Source of the DNA: an uncultured candidate division Zixibacteria bacterium
GTDB taxonomy: Bacteria > Zixibacteria > MSB-5A5 > GN15 > FEB-12
Length of the DNA stretch: 64,000 nucleotides
Reading direction: 5' to 3'
Assembly: GCA_963664195.1 (NCBI GenBank)
Contig: OY760907.1
Coordinates: forward strand, 480,001 to 544,000
Position 1 is the first letter of the stretch. Each line of letters starts with the position of its first letter. Below the pieces are notes generated by a model. That model searched no databases and was not told where the DNA came from. It saw nothing but the letters and a program-made list of their open reading frames with translations. Of this stretch, positions 26,377-36,153 are shown piece after piece. The position numbers were made by a program, and so were the translations under genes.

Positions 26377-27831
26377 TTGAAATGGAAACAGTTATCCGTG
26401 GCTAATTCGACATCCGACGCTCTCACCCAATCGTTTTGTGAACGGTTCCGGGTTTGCGTTTGCCCTGATAGGTCTACAATCTGGGCGAGTGACAAGACGG
26501 ACTTGTCCGTCCTCAACTACGTAAGCCGCATTGCAGATATGAGTCGCCTACCTAGAAGAATCTCAGACGAAGCGTTGAGCAAGAAGATCGCAACCTTCTT
26601 CGGCGAATCATCAAGTGAACAGAACGCGATGGGACCTGAAGCTCAGCAAACGGGAAACAACGGGACTGTTGCCGCCGACAGCAGGATTGTCAAGGAGATC
26701 AATGCCATTGTCGCCAGCTGCATCCGCCAACAAGCTTCAGATATCCATTTCGAGCCGGGTGAGACTCACTTAACATGTCGCGCCAGAATCGATGGCGTAT
26801 TGCAGGAAAAAGCTCACCTCCCGAGCGCCGATGCAATGGAGGTGCTTTCGCGTATTAAGATCATGTCGGGACTGGACATCGCCGAGAAACGCCGACCACA
26901 AGATGGCCGGATTCGGTTTGAACTCGACAATCGGCACGTCGATATCCGTGTCTCGACCATCCCAACGGACGGGGGCGAGAAGGCCGTCCTTCGGCTGCTG
27001 GACAAAGAGAGCCTGCGACTCGACCTGGCCGAACTGGGGTTTTCTGAGAACCAGCGTCGTCTCTTCCTTGAGAGAATATCAGTACCCAACGGAATAGTGC
27101 TGGTTACCGGACCAACCGGATCGGGAAAGACGACTACTCTGTACGCCGCCATGCAGCACCTCAAGTCTCCCAGGGTGAACATTTCTACGGTCGAAGACCC
27201 AATCGAATACAATCTCGCGGGAATCAATCAAACGCAAGTGAAACCAGAGATTAACTTGACGTTTTCGTCAATGCTTCGGGCTCTGCTCCGCCAGGACCCC
27301 AACATAATTATGATTGGGGAGATACGGGACCGGGAGACACTTGAGATCGCCATCCGGGCGTCATTGACAGGCCATCTGGTATTGTCGACCATTCACACGA
27401 ACAGCGCTGTGTCAACTGTCACTCGATTGCTCGATATGGGAGCCGAACCTTACTTGCTGGCCTCATCGCTCAAGCTGATTGTCGGTCAGCGTCTAGTTCG
27501 CAAGCTCTGCCCTGATTGTGCCGCTACGACACTGGACGATGCTTGCCATGCTGCTGCCGAGAAGCTGGGGATAGCACTGAGTCAAGACGCAAGAAACTCT
27601 GCCGGCTGCAGTCAATGCTCAGAGACCGGCTTCAGAGGTCGTACCGCAATCTACGAATTGCTCTCGATAGACGAAAACCTCAAAAACGCCATCAACGACA
27701 GACAATCGGAACAGCATCTGATACAGATTGCCAATCGCGGGTCATACCGCACTATGGTACAAATGGCTGCTGACTACGTAAACCACGGAGTGACCACGCC
27801 TGCCGAAGTACTCCGAGAACTCAACGCCTGA
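26377..27831 (+). CDS. gspE: Secretion/assembly ATPase (GspE/PilB)
   Basis: ASDIHFEP, LDIAEKRRPQDGR, Walker A GPTGSGKTTT, TVEDPIEY, LRQDPNIIMIGEIRD, TGHLVLSTIH, CxxC...CxxC. Confidence 0.95.
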   Translation: MKWKQLSVANSTSDALTQSFCERFRVCVCPDRSTIWASDKTDLSVLNYVSRIADMSRLPRRISDEALSKKIATFFGESSSEQNAMGPEAQQTGNNGTVAADSRIVKEINAIVASCIRQQASDIHFEPGETHLTCRARIDGVLQEKAHLPSADAMEVLSRIKIMSGLDIAEKRRPQDGRIRFELDNRHVDIRVSTIPTDGGEKAVLRLLDKESLRLDLAELGFSENQRRLFLERISVPNGIVLVTGPTGSGKTTTLYAAMQHLKSPRVNISTVEDPIEYNLAGINQTQVKPEINLTFSSMLRALLRQDPNIIMIGEIRDRETLEIAIRASLTGHLVLSTIHTNSAVSTVTRLLDMGAEPYLLASSLKLIVGQRLVRKLCPDCAATTLDDACHAAAEKLGIALSQDARNSAGCSQCSETGFRGRTAIYELLSIDENLKNAINDRQSEQHLIQIANRGSYRTMVQMAADYVNHGVTTPAEVLRELNA

Positions 27832-27832
27832 C

Positions 27833-29791
27833 ATGTGTGACATGAACTATATGAAGAAATGCCTTTCTGCACTCCTGATTGCCCTCTTTGTGACAGCTCC
27901 CGTTTTCGGTGACACTCTGGAGGATGACGACTCCGCTCTACCACCGCAGCCAGTTTCCGACGACTCTCAGCCTGCGGGTACCGATGATTCACTGAGCACT
28001 TCAGCTGCACTGCAGAACATAATCGACACCGTGGTGATCGTGCCTCGATTGGACTTCGCCGGGACGTCGCTGTATGACGCACTGACTGCTCTGGCGAGAG
28101 CGTACAACCTGTCGTTGTTTATCGACCCGACCGTCACCGGGACAATCACTCTTCGGCTGGACAATGTCTCCCTCAATGACGGCCTCCTGTTCATCATAAA
28201 GGAGTATGATCTGGCCTGGGAGAAAACCGGCAGTATCATCAAGATATTCCGACCAACCGTTCCTCCCCCGCCACTGGCACCGCTTGATCTAGTATATCAA
28301 GATGGCCTGCTATCGGTCGACCTCCACGGCGCAGAGTTGTCACGACTGGTTGACACATTGATCGAAATCACCGGGCGCAACATCATACTTGAGAACGGCA
28401 CTCAGGGGCGGATCACTGGCAAACTGAAAGAGTTAGATTTTGATGAAGCGCTGGGAGTGTTGTTGTCAGCCAATGGTCTGGCCGTCCGCAAGGTAGATCA
28501 GGTAACGTACATAGGACGCGAAGCGGCCGAACCGGGTGGCCGCGGCCAGGCACGGAATCTGTATGTCCAGTGCGACAGCGGATCGGTCACTCTCGAAGCG
28601 GCCCGAGTGGCACTGGCTGATGTCATCGCCCGGATTTCGTCCGAGTGTGGCATCAGCATAATGATCCAAACACAATTGCAGGGTGATATCACTGCAACTT
28701 TCGCCGACAAACCGGTCGAGGAGGCGTTGACATATCTCCTGATGAATTCAGTATACACATTTAAGGAGAGTGGCGGAGTATTGTTTGTCGGCAGTCGCGA
28801 CTCCGAGGATATGTACGACTCGCAGTTGCTGGAGTTGGACCATCTGGTAGCATCTACGGTGGAAGCGCTGATACCGGTGTCGTTGTCACAACAGTTGACA
28901 GTTAAGGTTGTCAAAGAACACAATGGTCTTCTAGTGACTGGACCCAGAACCAAGATTGCCCGTCTTCAGGATTTCCTCAAGGAGGTCGACATCCCGCCAG
29001 CTCAGGTGCTGTTTGAAGTACTTCTGGTGGATTACACGACGAGTGAGCGGGCCGAGTTCGGCATAACCGCCAACAACTCAGCGGGCGTCGCCTCGTACGA
29101 ACAGACCTATTGGCCGAATGTCGATCTGAAGGGCGATGGAAACACGGCCAATAGCGCTCTGCGATCTTTGGAGCGACGCACGGGCTGGTCCAATCTGGGC
29201 GTGCTTGATGAGGACTTTTTCGTACGCCTTGAGATGCTCCAGAAGGAGGGCAAGGCGGTGGTCCAATCTCACCCCCAGGTAGCAGCCCTCAATGGTCATT
29301 CAGCCTCGATTCGGATTGGTACAACACAGTACTACCTTCTGGAGAGCGAGACCGTACATCCATCGGCACAGTCGACCACCTCCACCCAGACGACCCAGCG
29401 CTTCGAGAAGGTTGAGGCTGACATGAGTGTGGTGGTCACACCGTATGTCAGTCGAAGCGGAGAATTGACGGTCGAGATTTCGCCTGAGTTTAACTCACCG
29501 GCGGCAGACTTCAATCCCGATGTGCCTCCGACCATCAACCGTCGTGTGCTCGAGTCAACCGTCCGTCTGAAGAATGGCGAGACGATTATCCTGGGGGGAC
29601 TGATTCAACAGACCGAATCCAGGACAATTGACAAGGTACCGATACTGGGTCAGATCCCGATTCTCGGACGGCTGTTCCAGAACCGGTCAAACGAGGAAGG
29701 GCGCACCGAATTGATGATCTATATCACACCCTATGTCTACTTCGGTTCGGAGGGTGCTGTCGACGCTGACAGCGTGATGCTAATCAAATGA
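27833..29791 (+). CDS. gspD: Secretin (GspD/PilQ family) with repeated N-terminal STN-like domains
   Basis: Signal peptide; C-terminal RVLESTVRLKNGETIILGGLI...KVPILGQIPILGRLF...TELMIYITP. Confidence 0.93.
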   Translation: MCDMNYMKKCLSALLIALFVTAPVFGDTLEDDDSALPPQPVSDDSQPAGTDDSLSTSAALQNIIDTVVIVPRLDFAGTSLYDALTALARAYNLSLFIDPTVTGTITLRLDNVSLNDGLLFIIKEYDLAWEKTGSIIKIFRPTVPPPPLAPLDLVYQDGLLSVDLHGAELSRLVDTLIEITGRNIILENGTQGRITGKLKELDFDEALGVLLSANGLAVRKVDQVTYIGREAAEPGGRGQARNLYVQCDSGSVTLEAARVALADVIARISSECGISIMIQTQLQGDITATFADKPVEEALTYLLMNSVYTFKESGGVLFVGSRDSEDMYDSQLLELDHLVASTVEALIPVSLSQQLTVKVVKEHNGLLVTGPRTKIARLQDFLKEVDIPPAQVLFEVLLVDYTTSERAEFGITANNSAGVASYEQTYWPNVDLKGDGNTANSALRSLERRTGWSNLGVLDEDFFVRLEMLQKEGKAVVQSHPQVAALNGHSASIRIGTTQYYLLESETVHPSAQSTTSTQTTQRFEKVEADMSVVVTPYVSRSGELTVEISPEFNSPAADFNPDVPPTINRRVLESTVRLKNGETIILGGLIQQTESRTIDKVPILGQIPILGRLFQNRSNEEGRTELMIYITPYVYFGSEGAVDADSVMLIK

Positions 29792-31128
29792 GCGCTGAAT
29801 CACGAAGACAACAACAGAATGCAATTGGCAGATTGCTTTCTATGCGACCGACCGAGTACTTCATTCTGATTGGTCGTACACAGATTGAGTTCCTGCGCTG
29901 CACCGGTGGTGGGCATCTGGATGTACTCATGAGCGAGCCTACCGATGACACGTCACAAGATGCATTTGATGGATTCTGCTCACGGCTCCTGTCATTACGC
30001 GCGTATTTCGGCCAGCCGCTCAGAGTGCTTGTCAATAATGACCGGCAGTATACTTACTTCAGTTTGCTGGAGGGACATTCGCCGGCACAACTGCACGAGA
30101 AACTTGCCGCTCTTCGCCGAGACGACATGGAGCATCGACACGCAGTCCTGAAGGACAAGCAGACTAGTTTGTTTGCGTGGCAGGCAATTGATAGCGAGCA
30201 CCTGAGTGCTATTTGTCGCACGGTCGTTGAGTACAAATTACGGGTGCTGGACATCACAACACTTGCATCTCAACTCATACTCAACAGCACGATACCGTCG
30301 AAGAATACGACAGCAACATACCTCTACGATCTACCTTCTGGGGAGAAATGCTTCACGCTGTTTGACGGCAAGGCAGGTGTGTTGTTCGGCGATGTGGCTG
30401 ACACACTCAAGGGCATGTCAAGTGAGGAGGTCAGTGCCTCGCTTGAATCCGCTTACCTTGGCAAGGGCGCGGAACCAAAACGGAGAGTTTACTGCTCATC
30501 AAATGCGAAAGAGGCAACAGCACTTTTGGGCAAGCTCCTGCAAACGAAAATCAGTCGACGCAGCAGCCTCAAGAGAATCGCATTTGCTGCTCCCAACACT
30601 CGCACCGTTGAGTCTGTCCGAATCGCCCTCAGCAGTGGACGATTGCTAGTAATGACTCTCGCTATCGTTTGCTCTCTCATGGCCGCTTTTGCAGGAGTAA
30701 CAACGGTATTGGCAGGCGGCGAAGAAGCACCAATAGCCGACTTCCAGCACCGGTACAATACGAAGTTGACTCTTAGCCGCCGACTTGACTCGCTCAGAAC
30801 CGAGACATCCAGACTGCGTTCGGCACAGGGCGCCTCGGTACAAACCTCGGCGCTGGTGAGTCGATTCTTTCAGAAGACCACCAGCAGTCTCTATCTGACA
30901 AGTCTATCGGTCTCGGTTCAAAATGACGGTCCGCTGATTCTGGAAGTCGAAGGCAGTGCCCGCAAGGAATCCAGCGTATTCACATATCACCGCGCACTCA
31001 ACGAGTTGCTGGCTCCGAGTCAGTTAGTCGTAAACTCGATCAGACCGAAGATTCAGAATGGCCGGGGTCCGGCAGATACTCTCTTCACATTCAAGATGTC
31101 GACGAAATCCCATGAATCCGAAGACTAG
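29788..31128 (+). CDS. Hypothetical assembly protein (GspL or PilM-PilN-like)
   Basis: Cytoplasmic domain, one TM, coiled coil, then LYLTSLSV...LEVEGSA ferredoxin-like tail; overlaps gspD. Confidence 0.6.
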   Translation: MSAESRRQQQNAIGRLLSMRPTEYFILIGRTQIEFLRCTGGGHLDVLMSEPTDDTSQDAFDGFCSRLLSLRAYFGQPLRVLVNNDRQYTYFSLLEGHSPAQLHEKLAALRRDDMEHRHAVLKDKQTSLFAWQAIDSEHLSAICRTVVEYKLRVLDITTLASQLILNSTIPSKNTTATYLYDLPSGEKCFTLFDGKAGVLFGDVADTLKGMSSEEVSASLESAYLGKGAEPKRRVYCSSNAKEATALLGKLLQTKISRRSSLKRIAFAAPNTRTVESVRIALSSGRLLVMTLAIVCSLMAAFAGVTTVLAGGEEAPIADFQHRYNTKLTLSRRLDSLRTETSRLRSAQGASVQTSALVSRFFQKTTSSLYLTSLSVSVQNDGPLILEVEGSARKESSVFTYHRALNELLAPSQLVVNSIRPKIQNGRGPADTLFTFKMSTKSHESED

Positions 31129-31621
31129 AAACTGGTTGCCGTTTGCCATAATCGGCCTGAATGTGATACTGGCAGTTCTGCTGCTGGTCGGCATTGACTG
31201 GTTGCTCATCACAGGTCTTGAGAATGTGAAAACGATAGAGATGTCCAGCCGTGCACAGAGTGAGTCGTCGACTATTGATAACCAGATCGCCCTGCTCCAA
31301 TCTGACATATTGCACCATCACGAGTTGGTGCAGGTTCTGTCAGCGAAAGAACTGCCAACCCTACAGAACATCAAGCTATTGCAGGCTGAACACAAACTCA
31401 GCCTCCAGCAGATGGAGCGAGTATCCTCATCAGGCGATCAGGGTTCACACCTGAACCAATACCGCACAGTTCTGACCGGTACCGCTGGCAGCGCCGTGAG
31501 ATTCCTCGGAGCACTCGAGGATCAATACGTGACCCGGTGCGATCAAATCGTTCTTCAGCCCGCCAATGACGACGGTTCCCGAGTTGGCCTGTCAATGTCA
31601 ATCGTACTGAGGGAGCAATGA
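31112..31621 (+). CDS. Hypothetical assembly protein (GspM/PilO-like)
   Basis: N-terminal TM, coiled coil, LTGT....VRFLGALE motif; position in operon. Confidence 0.6.
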   Translation: MNPKTRNWLPFAIIGLNVILAVLLLVGIDWLLITGLENVKTIEMSSRAQSESSTIDNQIALLQSDILHHHELVQVLSAKELPTLQNIKLLQAEHKLSLQQMERVSSSGDQGSHLNQYRTVLTGTAGSAVRFLGALEDQYVTRCDQIVLQPANDDGSRVGLSMSIVLREQ

Positions 31622-32100
31622 AGGCACCGCAGGTAAAGAAGATTCTGCTTGGAGCACTTCTGGTTGTGATGGTCTACATCTGGTGGGATGCTTTCCAGGT
31701 TATAGCACCTTCGACGTCTGCGTACCAGGTAGTCCCACTATCCGCATCCAGAGAGGTCCGGGTGCGCGACCACCAACCTCTTGAATACCTGCCGCCTCTC
31801 GTCAATCCGTTCAAGCAGTTTAGAGATACTGCTCAAGGGCAGGCCAGCCCGCAACCAGCGAGGCAACGTCGACAGCCTCAGCAGACGCCGAAACTCTCGG
31901 ATCAATATCAACTCACCGGGATTCTCCAACGGGGCAAAGCGTCCCAGGCTGTACTGGTGGCACCGAATGGCAGTTCTGCGGTGCTTTCCCTGAAGGATTC
32001 GCTTCAGACATGGGAGCTTGCGAAAATCACCGACAACATTGCACTGTTTCAACACGAACACGAAAAAGACACGCTCCGGCTCTATGAGGCTACGCAGTAA
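31618..32100 (+). CDS. Hypothetical assembly protein (GspC/PilP-like)
   Basis: N-terminal TM, NPF motif, Pro/Gln linker, YQLTGIL....QAVL beta domain. Confidence 0.65.
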   Translation: MKAPQVKKILLGALLVVMVYIWWDAFQVIAPSTSAYQVVPLSASREVRVRDHQPLEYLPPLVNPFKQFRDTAQGQASPQPARQRRQPQQTPKLSDQYQLTGILQRGKASQAVLVAPNGSSAVLSLKDSLQTWELAKITDNIALFQHEHEKDTLRLYEATQ

Positions 32101-33454
32101 GCTACAGAATCAATCAGGTTCGGTACTGGCCACCGTGCTCCTGGTGTTGGTCATTCTGCTGGCAGTATTCCTCTCGGCAATGACCTACGCCCTATCCCGG
32201 TACGGCCATCACGCCGGAAACCAGAACCTGCTGATAGCATCCCATTTGTCAGAGGCAGGTATCCCTCACGCGATCAATCAACTGAGTCGCGAGGGAATCG
32301 GTTTCGACTCCAGCACTTACGAAGCACCCAATGGCGGAGACATTGCAACAGAGGTCCACCCCTGGGGACCATACTTGCTTGTCATATCCAGAGGCACACT
32401 CGGCAGCAAATCGGTGACGACGTCTGCCGTGATTGGTTCAGTGCCTTCTGATCTCTTCCGAGCGGCGGTCACGCTCTGCGAAGAAAACTCACCTCTCACA
32501 GTCGCCGGTCACACACGAGTTGTGGGAGATATCAATACAGGTCACTTGGGGGTAGTTCGGGGACGATTTCGTGGCGAAGGCATTCCCGAGGAGAGTTTCC
32601 ACACCGGTGTCAGTCGGGAGTTTTCCAGACTCGATGTACCGGAAATCGACACGGTCATTCTGAACTCCTATTACGACAACCTGAAAGACCGCAGACGAAG
32701 CGTACAGAGTCGTCTATCCGGATCGGTTCTCCTCGGTCCGGAGGACACACAGTACTTCGAAAACGTATCGAGTACCAAGATTGAGAACAACCTTGACATC
32801 AAGGGGTTGTCCGCAAGTAGATTCGACCAAATCTCCTCTCTATTCGCCCGAGGATCGATTGAGATAACCGGCAACTCGCGCATTTCAGGCACAATCGAGT
32901 TGGTGTCCGACCGACACATTGATTTGCGTGACTCAGCAACTGTCGACGGCGCGATTCTCTGGGCAGAGGACTCGATAGTCATTTGCGATTACGCCAGATT
33001 CAGCGGCATTGCCATCTCTCCTGGCAAGATCATCATCCGGGATGAAGCCAGTCTGGCTTATCCGGCTCTGGTATTGGCCGATCTCCCCGAATCCTCACAG
33101 GACGAGGAATCGGGACTGCAGATATCTAGTCGTGGCCTACTGGAGGCTGTGTGTATAGTACGACACGACCCCGACATAGCCGAGAGCCGTGAGCGCCTAC
33201 TCTATCTTGACACCGCCTGTATCTTCACCGGCTTTCTGATATCAGCAGGACAGTGTGACATCCGTGGCAGAGTCGCAGGCTCGATTGTCACCGAGCAATT
33301 CCACTACGACTTCCCCCCTACTACCTATGTGAACTGGCTCAAGGGCGTTCACGTCAATCGACAATGGCTGGATTACCTACCGACGCTGCCGATCACGGCA
33401 ACTTCAGACAGTTCAGCGCGGTACGGGATTGTCCGGCAGGATCGGGTGCAGTGA
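32084..33454 (+). CDS. Large minor pseudopilin (GspK/PilX-like) with beta-helix-like C-terminus
   Basis: NQSG|SVLATVLLVLVILL class III signal lacking E5; ASHLSEAGI motif. Confidence 0.7.
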   Translation: MRLRSKLQNQSGSVLATVLLVLVILLAVFLSAMTYALSRYGHHAGNQNLLIASHLSEAGIPHAINQLSREGIGFDSSTYEAPNGGDIATEVHPWGPYLLVISRGTLGSKSVTTSAVIGSVPSDLFRAAVTLCEENSPLTVAGHTRVVGDINTGHLGVVRGRFRGEGIPEESFHTGVSREFSRLDVPEIDTVILNSYYDNLKDRRRSVQSRLSGSVLLGPEDTQYFENVSSTKIENNLDIKGLSASRFDQISSLFARGSIEITGNSRISGTIELVSDRHIDLRDSATVDGAILWAEDSIVICDYARFSGIAISPGKIIIRDEASLAYPALVLADLPESSQDEESGLQISSRGLLEAVCIVRHDPDIAESRERLLYLDTACIFTGFLISAGQCDIRGRVAGSIVTEQFHYDFPPTTYVNWLKGVHVNRQWLDYLPTLPITATSDSSARYGIVRQDRVQ

Positions 33455-33816
33455 TGACGAAGCTTAGATCACAACAGGCCGGATTCACGCTCGTGGAAGT
33501 GCTTATCGCCGCGGTGATATTCATGGTGGGGTTTTCGATCCTGATCGGTCTGCTCAACAGCAGTCTCAACAAGTTCTCGATCAAGGAGATGCAACTGGCC
33601 AACAACCTGGCTCGTTCGACAATGACCTCAACCCTGGCAATGGCCGATACTGCTTTCCTAGACTCAGTTGTCGAGAGGTCAAACATCTCGTTTCGCGTCC
33701 GACGGTCAGTAGAAATTGGCGACGGACTCGCCAGCGTGCTCGTCACGGTTAGTAGAGAGAAGAACAACAAGAAGATCATTGAGTTGTACAATGCGTTTCT
33801 CATTGCTCACGAGTGA
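33454..33816 (+). CDS. Minor pseudopilin (GspI/PilV-like)
   Basis: QQAG|FTLVEVLIAAVIF prepilin cleavage/methylation motif. Confidence 0.82.
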   Translation: MTKLRSQQAGFTLVEVLIAAVIFMVGFSILIGLLNSSLNKFSIKEMQLANNLARSTMTSTLAMADTAFLDSVVERSNISFRVRRSVEIGDGLASVLVTVSREKNNKKIIELYNAFLIAHE

Positions 33817-34345
33817 AAAGGGCTTCACGCTCATGGAGTTGATCGTCGCCCTCGGATTGGTGACTCTGCTGCTCGTGCTAGTGGTTACCGGCAGTATTTT
33901 TGTGGAACGGTTCGTGCATGACTGGTCCGACCGCGACAAACTGACCGAGGAACTGATCTTCATAGGTCAGGAACTGATCCCAAAACTGGAGCGCTCTCAG
34001 AAGATTCACGTTTCTTCCGACAGTCTCGTATTCACTTCTGGCGACCTGCGCACGACAACCATCTTCGTTGACTCCGGCATCCTGCATCGCAACAGCCAAC
34101 CCATCTCACGGGCAGGGATGCGAGTGGAGACACTGACGGTCACGCGATTGATCTTGCCAGAAGACTCCAGTCTTGTTAACTTAGACAATAGGCCCTCCGG
34201 TCTGTACACTCTGACAGTAGTCTTGTCCGACTCGCGGGGGAACATTGATACACTTCGAACGACAGTACGAAACGGTTATGAATACTTCAAATACTCACAA
34301 GCGCAAACGCTCCCGGTTCAACAACAAGGGATTCTCACTGATTGA
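33791..34345 (+). CDS. Minor pseudopilin (GspJ/PilW-like)
   Basis: SEKG|FTLMELIVALGL prepilin motif. Confidence 0.82.
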   Translation: MRFSLLTSEKGFTLMELIVALGLVTLLLVLVVTGSIFVERFVHDWSDRDKLTEELIFIGQELIPKLERSQKIHVSSDSLVFTSGDLRTTTIFVDSGILHRNSQPISRAGMRVETLTVTRLILPEDSSLVNLDNRPSGLYTLTVVLSDSRGNIDTLRTTVRNGYEYFKYSQAQTLPVQQQGILTD

Positions 34346-34736
34346 ACTGTTGATTGTGTTGGTGATAATCGCAATTCTTGCAGGATTGGCGATTCCCAAG
34401 TACATGCAGTCGACGGTCAAGGCCAAACAGGCAGAGGCTCAGGGGATACTGAACCAGATCTACATGTTGGAACGGTCGTACTTCCAACGGTACGACCAAT
34501 ACTGGATACCGGCTGCTGGAACCGAGGCCTCCGGCACGGCACCTTTTGCTTTTGACACACTCGGCGTGGAGATAATGACTTCGTCGCGGTACCGGTACGT
34601 CATAACCGGCGATCTGGACCACTTCGTTGCAACCGCCACAGCAGAGCGTTTGGACGATGACCCGGCAATAGACCAGTGGCAAATCGACCAAACCGGCACC
34701 CTCACAGTCATAATCGACGACGCAATAGCCAGATAG
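34278..34736 (+). CDS. Major (pseudo)pilin
   Basis: NKG|FSLIELLIVLVIIAILAGLAIPKY...KAKQAEAQ..L..IY.LE.SYF; C-terminal FVATATA..DDDP.IDQWQIDQ.G. Confidence 0.88.
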   Translation: MNTSNTHKRKRSRFNNKGFSLIELLIVLVIIAILAGLAIPKYMQSTVKAKQAEAQGILNQIYMLERSYFQRYDQYWIPAAGTEASGTAPFAFDTLGVEIMTSSRYRYVITGDLDHFVATATAERLDDDPAIDQWQIDQTGTLTVIIDDAIAR

Positions 34737-34939
34737 GGCAACGGCATCAGGCTCAAACCATGAGTAGCTGCCACTTGAGGACTTTCAGCGGCCAGCTCCA
34801 GATTGAGCAGAGCAAGCGTCCTCATGACCAGCGACCAAGACGATTCCCCTGTATCTTCTAAGGATTACCTCCGACCTTCCGATCTCTACACACTAGGGCC
34901 TATCAAGCGGCAAACGGCCAGACATCGTGTTAGGGGATT

Positions 34940-35083
34940 ATGGAGAACGGAAGCGAGCCAAGAACCGACCGTGGTCTGAGAGACAACAAGGACTTCCTCC
35001 GTGTTGAGTTACTTGTTGTTCCGGTTGCCATTCTCATTGTCGCAAGCCTATTGCTCCTCTTCGGGCCATTCTCAGTCAGATAG
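34940..35083 (+). CDS. 47-aa single-TM peptide resembling a degenerate prepilin N-terminus (not in ORF track)
   Basis: AGGGGA RBS-like sequence; MENGSEPRTDRGLRDNKDFLRVELLVVPVAILIVASLLLLFGPFSVR*. Confidence 0.45.
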   Translation: MENGSEPRTDRGLRDNKDFLRVELLVVPVAILIVASLLLLFGPFSVR

Positions 35084-35198
35084 CGCAGCTCACCCACATG
35101 GCAGCATTGGAGCAATGACCTACGCGAGATGGACCGGCCTTGCTTGAAATGGTCTCCAGTCAGCCATGAATTTGAGGAGTCATTCACTCCTTCCAAGG

Positions 35199-35214
35199 GA
35201 GGCAGGGATTCGCC
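35199..35214 (-). other. Third, degenerate att/tRNA-3' remnant
   Basis: GAGGCAGGGATTCGCC matches GAGGTAGGGATTCGCC at the left junction (15/16); followed by TTTTGCCTGG and an 11-bp-period repeat GTTAGAA x2 (35341-35358), as at the left junction. Confidence 0.55.
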
Positions 35215-35513
35215 GAGTAGTGTTTTGGGCATGTTCTTGTGGTGCAGCAACATGCGTACAATTGCCTGATTTATATAGATTTAGTTGTTTTTGCCTGGAT
35301 TCACTTGGTTAAACTTACTTCAAGTTTCTTGCACTTGGTTGTTAGAAGATCGTTAGAAAGCAAGGGACGCGTGGGCGTGACTCTCGGCAACTGGACGATG
35401 TAGCGAAGAGCATAGCGGGAGGCAGACATCCGGTCCGTCTCCCGCTACACACTCACCTACCCCTTTCGATATACCTGACCTCAGTAGCCTTCAGCACCTC
35501 GGACTGCCACACG

Positions 35514-36035
35514 TCATGGCAACCTTGGATTCCACTGAAAGTGCATATGGAGAAAACGACAAACCGAAAAGGCCAACATCCCAACTATGATCCCAAAGGA
35601 GATCCACGCCCATCTTCGCCTAATCTTGGCTGGCAGCTTGTCGCATTCTTTGAAGTAATTGAGGTACTTGCCGTGTCGCCATAACAGCAGATAGTTCAGG
35701 ACATAGCTGGTCGCAGCTATTGCCACACCATGGAGCTTGCCCAAGTGGAACTGAGGATTGATCTCTGCGATGTACAGAAGCACCAAACCTAAGCCCACCA
35801 ATCCAACAAGCCCGGCCAAGAGACCACCCGCCCAAATGGTATTGATCCCGGTATCAGGATTCTCCATATTCTGTTCTATCTCTTGGAAAATGTTCCTCCC
35901 CCGGCGACTGAAGTAGTTTCTGAAGAACCGAGTTCTGTAGACAAACGTCACAGGGTTCACCGCCAGTGTAAGACGCTGTGCCTTAGTGACACTCACATAT
36001 ACGAAATAGTGTACAATGTTCCAAACTCGCTCCAT
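35514..36035 (-). CDS. Multi-TM hypothetical protein, possible orphan immunity protein
   Basis: GAGGA RBS before ATG 36035; MERVWNIVHYFVY...KYLNYFKE...WAWISFG; frame open further upstream to 36200. Confidence 0.65.
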   Translation of the reverse strand: MERVWNIVHYFVYVSVTKAQRLTLAVNPVTFVYRTRFFRNYFSRRGRNIFQEIEQNMENPDTGINTIWAGGLLAGLVGLVGLGLVLLYIAEINPQFHLGKLHGVAIAATSYVLNYLLLWRHGKYLNYFKECDKLPAKIRRRWAWISFGIIVGMLAFSVCRFLHMHFQWNPRLP

Positions 36036-36153
36036 ATCTATCCTCGATTCTTGCATACAGCGGCAATTCCGTGGGCGGCAGACGCCCTCGTCTGCCCCTG
36101 GTCCGAAGAGACTGCCTACAATCATACCGGCTTTTGCCAGCCGCATCGCCCCC

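Noticed and set aside
25131..34736. Canonical twitching type IVa pilus or Tad system
   Set aside because: No PilT/PilU and no Flp/TadA-type components; the secretin and pseudopilin set fit a T2SS-like system better, although competence is not excluded.
35040..35150. Integrase C-terminal remnant (GHS motif in an alternate frame)
   Set aside because: No HxxR or properly spaced catalytic Tyr context; the pilin-like peptide reading explains the region better.
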